A stretch of 64,000 bases of DNA from Candidatus Poribacteria bacterium (GCA_965205025.1 CBDBFU010000030.1:1-64000); one strand, 5' to 3'. Shown: positions 9,786-20,808, counted from the stretch's first letter. The notes: generated from the letters alone by a model not told the origin. Program-made: numbers and translations.

Positions 9786-10253
9786 TTAGATCTCCTTCAC
9801 AAATAAAATTCCAGATTCTACTTTAACTTCAAGTTTCTGTAACGGTTCTGGCGGTGGCCCAGCAACTACTGCCCCGTCCTTATCAAATATTGCACCATGA
9901 CACGGACAGAGAAAAAATTCCTGACTCTCATCCCATCGAACAAGACATCCGAGATGAGAACATGTGCGAGTAAAAACACTCCACTCACCATTCCCTTTAT
10001 CAGTGACATAAACAGAACGTTTTTTTGTTGCTTTCACCCAGCCATCTTTTGCTATAAAAGTATAATTGACCTTTTTATATTGACTGTTTTTAAGACGGTC
10101 AACTAAACCGATGTTAACCCATTTAGATTCACCTTTTTTCCACGCAGGTGAGATAGCAAATCCAATTAATGGGATTCCTGCTGCTAAACCCATTACTCCG
10201 CCAATGATGGCTGTTGCGATTTGTAAAAATGAGCGTCTATTCTCGTCCACCAT
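9786..10253 (-). CDS. qcrA: Rieske 2Fe-2S subunit
   Basis: Tat-like RRSFL plus TM helix; CSHLGC and CPCHG boxes; GPPP.PL. Confidence 0.93.
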   Translation of the reverse strand: MVDENRRSFLQIATAIIGGVMGLAAGIPLIGFAISPAWKKGESKWVNIGLVDRLKNSQYKKVNYTFIAKDGWVKATKKRSVYVTDKGNGEWSVFTRTCSHLGCLVRWDESQEFFLCPCHGAIFDKDGAVVAGPPPEPLQKLEVKVESGILFVKEI

Positions 10254-10316
10254 CTCTTCTCCTTAGCTCTTACAAAATAAAAGCTTCATATTACTTACAT
10301 CAAACTCAGGTTAATA

Positions 10317-11384
10317 TTATCTTTTCCGTGTCTGCCCTTCAAATGGAGTACGTAAATCGTACCGACCTTCCTCTAATACAGGAAGAGTTCCATCATTTAC
10401 CATTAGTTCTAATGGTAATTCTTTCGTTTCAAGAGGCATATTTACAACATCTTTGATACGTAAGGATTCATAAATTGCCATCATGATTTCGATTGTATAA
10501 CGTGCTTGTTCTCCTCTCCCGCGATGAGTAGGGATTTCCCCTTCAATCCACTCAATCAATTCTTGAAATTGATTTTTTGGTTCCGGAGGTGGTGTAATCT
10601 CTTGCCACCCTTTTGCATCACTATTTTGAAGTAAAACTGTACCATTATCACCGTTCCGAATTTGTCCTTCTGTTCCAGCAACTCTCGGCATAGATACAGC
10701 AGGATCGGGAAGGTCACCTTCATAAATAGCGCGTGCCCCACCTTCAAAACAGATCAATCCCATGCAGAGATCTTCACATATCGTCCTACGTTCCCACCGA
10801 TCAGTTGTTCGTGATGTCTGACCAATTACCCATAAAGTTTCTGGATCAGACAACAGATAACGCCAACCATCAATAGCGTGCGTACCAGTATTTAGTAAAC
10901 CTGCATGTGCCTTTGCTCTATGGTGAAGGGTTGTCGGTTGTCCAATTGCTCCATCAGCGACAAGACGACGGATTTCAGTGTTTTGTGCACTATACCTACC
11001 TTGGTGTCCAATAACCAGTTTAACATTATTCTCTTCACATGCTGTAAGCATATCATCTGCCTGTCCTAAAGATGCAGACATTGGTTTTTCTCCGATGATA
11101 CCTTTGACACCTGCTTTCGCTGCAGCAACTGTGGCTTCAGCCCGTGGTCCTTGCCAGGTTGTTATGCTAACAATGTCCAAATCTTCTTTTGCTAACATTT
11201 CATCAACATCAGTATAAGTAGCAGGAATGCCATTCTCGGTAGCAACCTTCTTGGCAGATTCTTCATATATATCCATTGCTGCTACGATTTCTACGTTCTG
11301 TTGTTTCTGCCATGCCCTGGAATGGGATCTACCCATTCCACCACAACCAATAATTCCAATACGATATGTTTGATTCGTTGCCAT
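10317..11384 (-). CDS. Gfo/Idh/MocA oxidoreductase
   Basis: GIIGCGGMG, EKPM, GTHAID. Confidence 0.9.
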   Translation of the reverse strand: MATNQTYRIGIIGCGGMGRSHSRAWQKQQNVEIVAAMDIYEESAKKVATENGIPATYTDVDEMLAKEDLDIVSITTWQGPRAEATVAAAKAGVKGIIGEKPMSASLGQADDMLTACEENNVKLVIGHQGRYSAQNTEIRRLVADGAIGQPTTLHHRAKAHAGLLNTGTHAIDGWRYLLSDPETLWVIGQTSRTTDRWERRTICEDLCMGLICFEGGARAIYEGDLPDPAVSMPRVAGTEGQIRNGDNGTVLLQNSDAKGWQEITPPPEPKNQFQELIEWIEGEIPTHRGRGEQARYTIEIMMAIYESLRIKDVVNMPLETKELPLELMVNDGTLPVLEEGRYDLRTPFEGQTRKR

Positions 11385-11747
11385 TCATTTTTCTCCTATG
11401 AGGTTGTCGTTCATACTGTCATGTAATTGTACTTTACCTATTTCAATCGTTTTCGTCAACAACTTTTCATGGATAGAGGGTATAGAAATAATAGACGGAA
11501 TTTCATTTTATTATATTTTGCTATGTGTTTTTAGTTCTGAATAATAGTCTATTAAATATACTCTTATCAAACAACTTGAAAACTAAAGTAGCAATTTAAC
11601 GTATATATTTATCCTATTAGATAGGAGTTTGTGTGTCGATTTATAATAAACCTAAGGAATTAAATATGACTATTTTACTCATAAAAAGAATTGACAAAGT
11701 TGTTATAATATGGAAAACTTAAGGCATAAAAAGTCAAGGAGATCATC

Positions 11748-12842
11748 ATGGCAGAATATGAAGATAAAGGCTCACAAATTCGAGTAAAGAATCTTGAAGC
11801 TTACCCAATGGGTGAAAAAGCTTATGTAAAGATTGAGACCAATATGGATGTCACAGGCTGGGGTGAGATTAACAATATGGAAACCACAGTCACATGTGAA
11901 TTGGCACGTTCACTGGGTGATTTAATTATTGGTGAGAATCCTACTCGTATTGAGCATCACTGGCAACGTCTATTTCGTGCACATCGCAACATACGTGGTG
12001 GTGGATTGATGGTTCATACCATCTCTGCAATTGATATGGCATTGTGGGATATCGCTGGAAAGCTCTGGGGTGTTCCTGTGTACCGGCTTCTTGGGGGACC
12101 ATGCCGTGATAAAATCTGGAAATATCCAAGTCCAAAAGCAATTAAAACTGGACCAGGAGGATCCAAACCATTTGCTGGAACACCAGATGATATCTCTAAT
12201 ATGTTGCAGCGAATCCACGATACAAGGGAAAAAGTAGGTCCTGATGGTGCAGTGATGTTTGACGCACATAGCTGCTTACCACCACCTATCCTTAAACAAT
12301 TTGCCGGTCATCTCAAACCGGACGACCTACTTTTTCTCGAAGAAGCATGGGTACCAGGAAACATTGAGGTTATGCGAAAAATCCGAGAATCTGTCCCCGT
12401 TCCATTAGCCACTGGTGAACGTGACAGAACAATATGGGAAGTAAGAGAAATTCTTGAAGCACAAGTAATTGACATACTTCAACCTGACTGTGGACACGGT
12501 GGCGGCATCACCCAAGTTAAGAAAGTTGCTGCACTTGCAGAAGCACACCACGTTCCAATCGCACCACATTGTACAATGTCGTATCTTGGACTCACTGCAA
12601 GTTTCCATCTATCCGCATCCGTTCCTTTTTTCCTAATTCACGAAGGTTATGAGAATGTACTTCCAGCTGGGGTAGCACACAAAAACTGGGAAATGGATAA
12701 CGAAGGTTATGTATCTTTACCTGAAGGTCCAGGTTTAGGAGTACAGGTGGATGAAGCAAAAGTTATTGAAGTCAGTAACCAAAGAAGAAAATTTAATTGG
12801 CCAAACAGTAGATTATCTGATGGTTCAGTTGCTGATTACTAA
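11748..12842 (+). CDS. Mandelate racemase/galactonate dehydratase-like enolase superfamily enzyme
   Basis: GWGE, SAIDMALWDIAGK, MFDAH, LEE, ATGE, APH, PEGPGLG; AGGAG RBS. Confidence 0.9.
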   Translation: MAEYEDKGSQIRVKNLEAYPMGEKAYVKIETNMDVTGWGEINNMETTVTCELARSLGDLIIGENPTRIEHHWQRLFRAHRNIRGGGLMVHTISAIDMALWDIAGKLWGVPVYRLLGGPCRDKIWKYPSPKAIKTGPGGSKPFAGTPDDISNMLQRIHDTREKVGPDGAVMFDAHSCLPPPILKQFAGHLKPDDLLFLEEAWVPGNIEVMRKIRESVPVPLATGERDRTIWEVREILEAQVIDILQPDCGHGGGITQVKKVAALAEAHHVPIAPHCTMSYLGLTASFHLSASVPFFLIHEGYENVLPAGVAHKNWEMDNEGYVSLPEGPGLGVQVDEAKVIEVSNQRRKFNWPNSRLSDGSVADY

Positions 12843-13056
12843 TACCCTCATCAGTACATATAGATATCAAGAATAGTTTCTATACCTAAAAACATTTTAT
12901 ATCCCTAAATTAGTTTAAACAGACATATAATGAAAGGGAAGAAGCATTCCTTGAATTAATTATTATTTTATTGGTATTGAATATGAATACTGTTACAGTA
13001 ATACTATTAAGGAGTTGAATTATATAGAAAACTGTTATCAAGTAATCAGACACATT

Positions 13057-13178
13057 GTTATATAGTAATTATCTTAGATATACGAATATTTGGTTCGGTT
13101 TACTTTCTGAACCTGTATATGTTACGTTAGAAACCACCTACCCGAGAATTACATAATTTTAGTTTCTTACTATATAAC
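13057..13178. repeat. ~120-bp element bounded by 12-bp inverted repeats with a degenerate REP core
   Basis: gttatatagtaa (13057-13068) / ttactatataac (13167-13178); internal cgttagaaaccacctac resembles cggttagaaaccgcacctac near 29567. Confidence 0.5.
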
Positions 13179-13345
13179 CGTCAACGAACGATATATTTAG
13201 CATATCTTTTTTCCATAACACATTCTAATTATTCGATATGTCAAGAATCCGTAATTGAATTTTGGCACATTACTTTTATATTCAAGGTATTAACATCTAA
13301 ATATTCTATTAGAACTGTATGAATGATATACAAGGAGTAAAGTCA

Positions 13346-14155
13346 ATGAGTCTATTAACATTAAGAAAACATCCGGCGATAATTGCAAGTATTCTTGTTG
13401 TTTTGAGTCTATTAGCACTTATTCTGGCATCAATATATAATATAAGAGACGACAGTAAGAGTACTCTTTCTGGTAGAGTAGTGAATATGAACGGTCACCC
13501 AATTCCAAAATGTCGATTAGCAATTCAACCATTAGAGATTATTAATGGAGAACTGTGTCAGGTTTCCACACTCTCTCACCAATCACAGACAGACTCAAAA
13601 GGATTCTTCAATTTCAATCATATCTTGCCGGGACGCGCACAATTTGTGGTAAAACCTGAGATGGGACACACTAACAGGGACGTTGAGATACAATCAATTA
13701 ACTATGAAGGTCTTACTTTTTTGCGACTTCAAACATCTAAGTTGCAAGTAACAGGTGAACATATACAGGAAGTTAATAATGTTGATCCACGGAAATTGTC
13801 AATTATTGGGGGTATTCCATTTCAAATAAAAGCTGGATTGAACCTAAAAGATATAATAATCGAAGTAACACCAAGGATGTGTATCAGGGGTCAAGTCCTT
13901 CTATCGAATGGAACACCTTTAACCAATGCACAAGGGAAATTAAACCTACAATATCAATCTTTAGATGGAATGAATTGTGATGATTTGAGCTTTTATCCAA
14001 CATATACAGATTCTAATGGGTATTTTTTGAAATATGTTAATTTGCCAATGGTGGCTATAGTTTCAGTAGAATATAACGGATCTGCAGCTACCTCAGAAGC
14101 CATTAAGATCTCAGATGAGCAACGCCGGCATGATTTAGTTTTCCATCTGGATTAA
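13346..14155 (+). CDS. Membrane-anchored protein with two carboxypeptidase-regulatory-like (beta-sandwich) domains
   Basis: AAGGAG before ATG 13346; TM helix; LSGRVV..NG.PI...TDSKGFF and IRGQVL..NGTPL...TDSNGYF. Confidence 0.7.
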   Translation: MSLLTLRKHPAIIASILVVLSLLALILASIYNIRDDSKSTLSGRVVNMNGHPIPKCRLAIQPLEIINGELCQVSTLSHQSQTDSKGFFNFNHILPGRAQFVVKPEMGHTNRDVEIQSINYEGLTFLRLQTSKLQVTGEHIQEVNNVDPRKLSIIGGIPFQIKAGLNLKDIIIEVTPRMCIRGQVLLSNGTPLTNAQGKLNLQYQSLDGMNCDDLSFYPTYTDSNGYFLKYVNLPMVAIVSVEYNGSAATSEAIKISDEQRRHDLVFHLD

Positions 14156-14200
14156 AATGTCATTCATAAGGTTGATTTGCGGATTCCTTGATTGCTTGAT

Positions 14201-14242
14201 TCACCGTACCGACTACAAAAATATGATTTATCAAACTCACGT
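14201..14242. mobile_element. Truncated right end of the acgtgagtt MITE family
   Basis: tcaccgtaccgactacaaaaatatgatttatcaaactcacgt aligns with taaccgcactgaattcaaaaatttgagttatcaaactcacgt at 27746-27787; overlaps the protease stop codon. Confidence 0.65.
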
Positions 14243-15678
14243 TATTCAACCATCTCTTGCTCTTGCCAATCTAATGCATCAGCATTCCACTGAAATTGCT
14301 GTAATGGACCGAACTTTAGATTGACAGTCAAACTTTTGGGAGTAGGTGAACTGTCAAACAAATTGAAGTCTCTTATAACGACGAATGTGTGCTGTCCATC
14401 AGTGATTGTCTTACACGCTTGAATAAAATCGTCCAAATTTCGGATCTGTTTACCATTTATATTCAATATGACGACTTTTGAATTCCCGTTACGTTCTTGT
14501 ACACCAACCCGTGAAAAACTACTACCGGGCGCAGCATGCGGCAAATAAACACCATCCGCTTCAAGGTACAATAAACCTCGTAATTGTGGGGTGATATCGT
14601 GGAAAACTCCACCACCGAATCTCACAAACCTTTCAACTTTCTTCTTTTCTAAGTCTTCAACAGGAACTTCAATACTCAGATTTTCTCCATTTCTATAGAT
14701 ATTCAAAGTAACATCCTGCCCGACATTCTTATTCAAAATAGCATCAAATGTATACAAATCATCACGAATCAGTTCATCATTAATACGATAAATTATATCA
14801 GATGCGAGAAGAAGATTCTCTCCAGTGGTTCTGGGTAAAATGGATTCAATTTGAATCACCTTTGGGGTACCGGCTTTTGAGGGTCCAATCTCTTTCCGCA
14901 ATTCCTCAGGAAGATTAAAGTGTTTTATGGCTTCACCAATAGAGATAAGTTCAAGATCAACACCGATTTCACCGCGTTGAATTGGTGTCTTTTCCTGAAT
15001 CAGTTTTAGTGCATCTATGAGGTAATCAATTGGGAGTTCAAAACTGGATGTATCCGTACCACGAGCATGAATAGCAATTACATCACCTGCTGTGTTCCAT
15101 ACAGGACTACCACTGGATCCTCCTGTTCTGTCAAAGGTAGTGTGTATATAACTGGAGTGTCTGTCCCCTTTGTTGACATTCAAGTTTGCAATTGTGCCGA
15201 ATTTGATGGAGTACTCTTCCTTTTCGTTGTTTCCAATCAGTAATAGATCGTCCCCTAAAGAAAGTGTATCCCACTTCCCAAGTACAACCGACTGCAGTTC
15301 AAAATCAACTTCAGAAGGATCAATCTTATAGAAACCAAAGTCATGGGTTGGATCATAGTAGAGAATGTTTGCTTCAGTAAAGCTTCCGTCGTGAAAGTTT
15401 ATTTTTACATAGGACGGACTGCTACCTGTGACATGTCTGTTGGTAGCAATAATACCTCGTTCCGCATCAACAATGAAACCAGTGGCGAAACTCGTGCCTT
15501 TTGTTTCTGTTTCAAAGACTATTTCGGATGCTGTTTCTATGTTTACGACCATAGGTTTGAAACTTGCAATCTGTTCTGTCCAGTTGTGTGCTGCATTGGC
15601 ATGTGTTGTAATCAGTAGTAGTAGTAGTGATAGATAGAAAAGTGGTTTTTGCAAGAACTTATTCATGATTCTCCTCAA
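14242..15678 (-). CDS. Trypsin-like serine protease with PDZ domains (HtrA; Nma111/DEG7-like)
   Basis: Signal peptide; ATGFIVDAERGIIATNRHV, DPTHDFG, GGSSGSPV; PDZ-like C-terminal part. Confidence 0.88.
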   Translation of the reverse strand: MRRIMNKFLQKPLFYLSLLLLLITTHANAAHNWTEQIASFKPMVVNIETASEIVFETETKGTSFATGFIVDAERGIIATNRHVTGSSPSYVKINFHDGSFTEANILYYDPTHDFGFYKIDPSEVDFELQSVVLGKWDTLSLGDDLLLIGNNEKEEYSIKFGTIANLNVNKGDRHSSYIHTTFDRTGGSSGSPVWNTAGDVIAIHARGTDTSSFELPIDYLIDALKLIQEKTPIQRGEIGVDLELISIGEAIKHFNLPEELRKEIGPSKAGTPKVIQIESILPRTTGENLLLASDIIYRINDELIRDDLYTFDAILNKNVGQDVTLNIYRNGENLSIEVPVEDLEKKKVERFVRFGGGVFHDITPQLRGLLYLEADGVYLPHAAPGSSFSRVGVQERNGNSKVVILNINGKQIRNLDDFIQACKTITDGQHTFVVIRDFNLFDSSPTPKSLTVNLKFGPLQQFQWNADALDWQEQEMVE

Positions 15679-15896
15679 AGATTTCTTAATGAAGTAATTT
15701 TTCTTAACAATTGGAATGGTAACATTATAATATTTAGAACGTCAACTCTTTTAGACTAAACAATATCGTAACTGTTCATTTAAAATAAAATTGCATAGTC
15801 ATTCTTCTGTAATTCCTTATATTGGATGACTGTAGACGCAACATAGTGGATATGGTATATTACTGGGAATACACCCTCATTCAAAGGACATTTGCA

Positions 15897-16820
15897 ATGG
15901 CAACACATCAATTTAAACCTACAGTTTATTACACAGCAATTGGCACACATGCACCTGTACTTCATATTGAAAGTGGTGACACAGTCTACACAACTACCGT
16001 GGATAATGCGGGACACGATGAAAATGACATACAAGTAACCGAAAGAGGTAATCCGCAAACAGGACCATTTTACATTGAGACAGCAGAACATGGTGACACA
16101 TTATCAGTACATTTTGATCGAATAGTTCCGAATCGTTCGATAGGTCGGACTGCAACTGTGGTTGCTCCTAATGTATTGGATCCATACTATGTGGCAGCAG
16201 GAACGCTGGAAGGCTCAACAGTGGAATGGCATGTTGATGTAGAAACATGGACTGCGACAATGGTTTCACCAGAACCCCAATTAGAAAAACTGGTACTACC
16301 ACTTGAACCGATGGTAGGTTGTTTTGGGGTTGCACCTCCGCGAGGACAAACTATTTCTACTGCCACCTCATCCACTCACGGTGGAAATATGGATTACCGT
16401 GGGTTTAAGGAGGGCGTAACCGTCTATTTTCCTGTATTTGTTCCAGGAGGTCTTTTCTTTCTTGGTGATGGTCACGCTGTTCAGGGAGATGGTGAAATTG
16501 TCGGTACAGGAATTGAAATCTCATTTGATGTACAATTTACAGTCCAAGTAATAAAAGATAAAACCATCAATTGGCCTCGTGCTGAGAACGAAGATTATAT
16601 TCTTACTGCTGGTAATGCACGTCCTTTAGATCAAGCGGTACAACATGCCACAACAGAACTACTTAGGTGGTTAGAAGAACTTGGGTTGGAAAAACGCGCA
16701 GCACATATTCTGTTAGGTCAAGCAGTTGAATACGATATGGGTAATGTATTTGATCCCGCCTATACAATGGTATGTAAAATCAAGAAGTCGTTACTCCGTG
16801 ACATAGGAATATGGAAATAA
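15897..16820 (+). CDS. Acetamidase/formamidase family protein
   Basis: NPQTGPFYIE.AE.GD.L, HGGNMD, GDGHAVQGDGE...GIE. Start moved to MATHQF after AAGGA. Confidence 0.9.
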   Translation: MATHQFKPTVYYTAIGTHAPVLHIESGDTVYTTTVDNAGHDENDIQVTERGNPQTGPFYIETAEHGDTLSVHFDRIVPNRSIGRTATVVAPNVLDPYYVAAGTLEGSTVEWHVDVETWTATMVSPEPQLEKLVLPLEPMVGCFGVAPPRGQTISTATSSTHGGNMDYRGFKEGVTVYFPVFVPGGLFFLGDGHAVQGDGEIVGTGIEISFDVQFTVQVIKDKTINWPRAENEDYILTAGNARPLDQAVQHATTELLRWLEELGLEKRAAHILLGQAVEYDMGNVFDPAYTMVCKIKKSLLRDIGIWK

Positions 16821-16848
16821 GATTCTTTTGAACCTAAGTTTCGTTACC

Positions 16849-17694
16849 CTATGACTTATTCATATCTAATTCTGACATAGACCTTAAATTTAATAGAGGT
16901 GTCATCACACCACCGGATGCAGGTAGTACAACCCCTGTATCGTAAAGTCGCATGGCAGCGATTGTGGCATGTGCTACATCCTCAGGTGTTCCGGGACGCA
17001 CCATAAATATATAGCCTTTCTCTGCGGCTTCTTCATAATCAGGAATACGCACCCTTGATAAATCGGTATCAATTACACCTGCGGCAATACCATTAACTTT
17101 TATTCCATGCGGTGCTAACCTTCCTGCATACGAACGCATGCTCATCTCTAATCCTGCTTTTGAAATACAGTATGCTGTCCGGTTGTCCGAAGCCATCGAA
17201 TCAGATATAGAAAGTGTGTAGATGATACATCCTCGTATCTCATTTTCTACCATATAATTTGCCACGCGTTGGGTCAAAAAATGAGGTGCTTTTAGGTTTG
17301 TGTTTAACAATAGATCAAACTGTTCTGGGGTCTCCTCAAGTATATCTGCGATCCGTGTAATTCCCGCATTGTTAATCAGGATATTCACCTTACCGAATGC
17401 CGTGTGTGCGCTCTGTAGTAGCTTTTCGTGTGCATCTATATCACTTATGTCAGTTTGGATGATAATCCCTTTCCGTCCTAAACCTTCTATCTCAGATTGT
17501 ACCTCTTCGGCGGCATCCTTATTCTGGTTGTAATTGATGAGGACATCCGCACCTTGACGGGCTAATTCAATAGCGATGGCACGACCAATTCCTCTACTTG
17601 AACCTGTGACAATGGCAGCACTATCTTCAAATGAGATGTCCGTTGCAAAAAAGCCAAGATCCGTATTTGTTGACATATAGTTTGTTCCTTTCAA
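16849..17694 (-). CDS. SDR family oxidoreductase
   Basis: TGSSRGIG, NNAG, YCISK (YxxxK). Confidence 0.9.
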   Translation of the reverse strand: MKGTNYMSTNTDLGFFATDISFEDSAAIVTGSSRGIGRAIAIELARQGADVLINYNQNKDAAEEVQSEIEGLGRKGIIIQTDISDIDAHEKLLQSAHTAFGKVNILINNAGITRIADILEETPEQFDLLLNTNLKAPHFLTQRVANYMVENEIRGCIIYTLSISDSMASDNRTAYCISKAGLEMSMRSYAGRLAPHGIKVNGIAAGVIDTDLSRVRIPDYEEAAEKGYIFMVRPGTPEDVAHATIAAMRLYDTGVVLPASGGVMTPLLNLRSMSELDMNKS

Positions 17695-18638
17695 TCATTC
17701 TCAACACGTTGTGCAAGAGAATCGGTAAAGAGATTCAATTCATTGGAGAAAACCTGAAACAGTTTATTGATACTTTTTGCATGTTTCTCTGTATTTTCAT
17801 AAATTATCTCATCCGCATATATGTTATTCACTTTATGCCGATATTCCAAGAGTGCTTCTAAAAGTGTTAGTGTTTCTTGAGAAATAACCGGAGGTCTTTC
17901 GGGACGTTGGATTGCCATCTGTTGAAGTAAGTCTTTATGCCACCTACTACCACGAGGTAGGGTTCCATCTACTTCAATTGCAATCCGTTGAAATATCCTC
18001 TCCATTCCACTATAAACATCAGCAAGTTTATTAGTAATTGATTCTTCAACATAATGTTTCAATGATGAATCTACTATTTCAATATCTCTTAATGCTGTTA
18101 CTATTCCATCAACTGTAGATTCAATTTTTTTGTTTTCATCGTCAATACGTTGGAGCAACCTATTTCGGTTCATTTCATATATCTCTTCCTCTACAACAGG
18201 TAATACTTGGTGTTGCAATTGGTGGTATTGTTTTTTCCATACTATAGGGGTTTCCTCATTTTTTATAGGAATTGCTTGCTGTTGTAATCTTTCTCGGAAT
18301 ACTCCTTTCGTTGTATCAAAGTTTATTAGATCTATTTTGAATCCGATGTCAATATCCATAATTATATCCTTAGCTTTTGTATATACTTCATCAGATAATC
18401 CACAGACTGCAATATCAATATCTGATGATTTCGTGAAGACTATGGGTTCAGTAAGTGATCCAAATACAGAAACCCGGGTTGCACCGAATTCATCATAAAG
18501 AATTGTTGCTATGTCGCAAACAACCTGCCATGCACGCTCCAACAGTTTATTATCAACTATTCTACTTTTCCATCGACGTGCAAGTTCTTTCCTGCAGGAG
18601 GTAAGTTCTTCTGCTGTCATCTGATTGAATTGTGACAT
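17691..18638 (-). CDS. Minimal nucleotidyltransferase (MNT) fused to HEPN/HepT-like domain
   Basis: N-terminal VFGS...SDIDIAV...IDLI; C-terminal YSGMERIF..IA...G..WHKDLL.QM...YRHKVNNIY. Confidence 0.8.
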   Translation of the reverse strand: MSQFNQMTAEELTSCRKELARRWKSRIVDNKLLERAWQVVCDIATILYDEFGATRVSVFGSLTEPIVFTKSSDIDIAVCGLSDEVYTKAKDIIMDIDIGFKIDLINFDTTKGVFRERLQQQAIPIKNEETPIVWKKQYHQLQHQVLPVVEEEIYEMNRNRLLQRIDDENKKIESTVDGIVTALRDIEIVDSSLKHYVEESITNKLADVYSGMERIFQRIAIEVDGTLPRGSRWHKDLLQQMAIQRPERPPVISQETLTLLEALLEYRHKVNNIYADEIIYENTEKHAKSINKLFQVFSNELNLFTDSLAQRVEND

Positions 18639-18640
18639 AA

Positions 18641-19654
18641 CTAAACTCCTTGTAACTCCAGTTCTTCACTCAAATGACATGCGACTTTGACACCAGTAGA
18701 TATTTCTCTAAGTTCAGGTGATTCCTGTTTACAAATTTCAATTGCATATTGACATCTGGGATGAAAGTGACATCCTGTTGGTGGTTGAGATGGATCTGGC
18801 ACATCTCCTTCAATGCGAATCAAATCACGGGTTCGTTGAAACTTTGGATCTGGTAACGGAACTGCGGAGATCAACGCTTCTGTGTAAGGATGTTTTGGAG
18901 ATTTGTAGAGCGTCTCCGCATCACTAATCTCAACAATCCTTCCCAGATACATAACGGCAACACGGTCACTAATATGTTCAACAACACTAAGATCGTGAGC
19001 AATAAAGATATATGACAGTTGGTATTTCTCTCTTAATTCCACCAGTAGATTTAGTATCTGTGCTTGTACAGATACATCAAGCGCGGAGACAGGTTCATCA
19101 GCCACAATTAATTCAGGATTCAAAGCTAACGCTCGTGCAATTCCTATTCTTTGCCTTTGTCCCCCACTGAATGCATGAGGGTAACGCTGCATATCTTGGG
19201 GTGTCAATCCTACCGATTCCAGAAGTTCTGCTATACGATCCTTTCGTTCAATTCTTGTAGCTGTTCGATTTACTCGTAAGGGTTCTCCCACAATATCTGC
19301 TACTGTTTTACGGGGATTAAGTGAGGATTGTGGATCTTGAAATATCATCTGAATACGTCTGCGATAGGGACGGATTTCCTTTGACGATAATTCTGCTAAA
19401 TCTACTTGTTCATCTCCATATTTAAAGCTTCCACTGGTTGGTGTCATTAATTTGAGAAGACATCGACTTGCTGTGGTTTTACCACACCCACTTTCACCGA
19501 CCAGACCGAGTGTTTCGCCTCGTTTTAGATCGAAACTGATTCCATCCACTGCCTTTACATGACCGATAGTTCTTCGAAGAATTCCCTTACGAATAGGAAA
19601 GTATTTTCTTAGGTCTTTTACATCAAGGAGTGTTGACATTTTCAGTATCCTCAT
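18641..19654 (-). CDS. oppF: Oligopeptide/dipeptide ABC transporter ATP-binding subunit
   Basis: [25 protein letters not shown]-terminal GCHFHPRC. Confidence 0.92.
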   Translation of the reverse strand: MRILKMSTLLDVKDLRKYFPIRKGILRRTIGHVKAVDGISFDLKRGETLGLVGESGCGKTTASRCLLKLMTPTSGSFKYGDEQVDLAELSSKEIRPYRRRIQMIFQDPQSSLNPRKTVADIVGEPLRVNRTATRIERKDRIAELLESVGLTPQDMQRYPHAFSGGQRQRIGIARALALNPELIVADEPVSALDVSVQAQILNLLVELREKYQLSYIFIAHDLSVVEHISDRVAVMYLGRIVEISDAETLYKSPKHPYTEALISAVPLPDPKFQRTRDLIRIEGDVPDPSQPPTGCHFHPRCQYAIEICKQESPELREISTGVKVACHLSEELELQGV

Positions 19655-20696
19655 TCAGCCAACATCTCACATAATGGCCGTTTTTCTCAATAGAGTCTTT
19701 GCTAGCATTATTGATTGTTAGATCAGGCATCTGTTCACAAGCGGTCATCCGATCAACACATCTTGGTTGAAAAGAACAACCTGCTGGTAGTGCCAATGGA
19801 TGTGGAACCGATCCAGGAATTGATGGCAATGTATCTTGGTGACTTCCACCAAGTGTAGGAATAGATTTTAATAAACCACAGGTATATGGGTGTTGTGGAT
19901 TATAAAAGATGTCATCAACACTTCCGTTCTCAACGACCCGTCCTGCATACATTACTACAACTTCATCAGCCATATCTGCTATAACACCTAAATCGTGCGT
20001 AATTAACATGATTGCCATACCAAATTCCTCTTGTAATTCCTGCATGAGAGCCAGAACTTGTGCTTGAATAGTTACATCAAGAGCAGTCGTCGGTTCATCC
20101 GCTATCAGTAAGGCAGGTGCACAACAGAGAGCCATAGCAATCATCACACGTTGACGCATACCTCCGGATAGTTGATGTGGATATTCATCAAAACGTTGTT
20201 CAGGGGCTGGAATCCCGACTCGAATCAGCATTTCTATTGTCTGTTCGCGTGCCAAATTCGAGGATCCTCGTAACCCTAATCGTTTAATTACTGAGGTATT
20301 TTGTTCTTGGTGTAAGATAATTGCTTCTGATATCTGTTTACCAATGGTATAGACCGGATTCAATGATGTCATCGGTTCTTGAAAAATAATAGCGATTTCA
20401 TTCCCACGTATCCTACGCATTAACTCACTTTGAGGGGATACTTGTGCTATATCCAAGGGTTCATCTGTCTCGTTTCGATAGAAGAGAATCTCTCCATCTT
20501 CAATCTCACCTGGATTAGGAACAAGCTGTAAAAGGGAAAGACCTGTGATACTTTTACCGCACCCACTTTCCCCGACAACACCAACGGTTTTACCCCGTTC
20601 AATGGAAAAACTAACATCGTTGACAGCATTCACAAGTCCAATATCGGTTCGAAATACTGTTCTTAAATTTGAAACTTCAAGGAGTGGGAGTGCCAA
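19623..20696 (-). CDS. oppD: Oligopeptide/dipeptide ABC transporter ATP-binding subunit
   Basis: [36 protein letters not shown]. Confidence 0.92.
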   Translation of the reverse strand: MALPLLEVSNLRTVFRTDIGLVNAVNDVSFSIERGKTVGVVGESGCGKSITGLSLLQLVPNPGEIEDGEILFYRNETDEPLDIAQVSPQSELMRRIRGNEIAIIFQEPMTSLNPVYTIGKQISEAIILHQEQNTSVIKRLGLRGSSNLAREQTIEMLIRVGIPAPEQRFDEYPHQLSGGMRQRVMIAMALCCAPALLIADEPTTALDVTIQAQVLALMQELQEEFGMAIMLITHDLGVIADMADEVVVMYAGRVVENGSVDDIFYNPQHPYTCGLLKSIPTLGGSHQDTLPSIPGSVPHPLALPAGCSFQPRCVDRMTACEQMPDLTINNASKDSIEKNGHYVRCWLNEDTENVNTP

Positions 20697-20808
20697 TTTT
20701 TACACCGAATAACGTCGTTTTGTATTGTAAATATGTGTATATTTTATAGAAAAATGACCATGTAAGCAAAGGTTTTTAGTTTTTAGTTATTGGTGCTGTA
20801 ATGATATA

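Noticed and set aside
13261-13280. Sigma54 promoter (TGGCAC)
   Set aside because: The -12 TTGC element is absent.
18641-20696. ABC ATPases without permease or binding-protein genes
   Set aside because: Split opp/dpp loci are common; partners are probably elsewhere in the genome.
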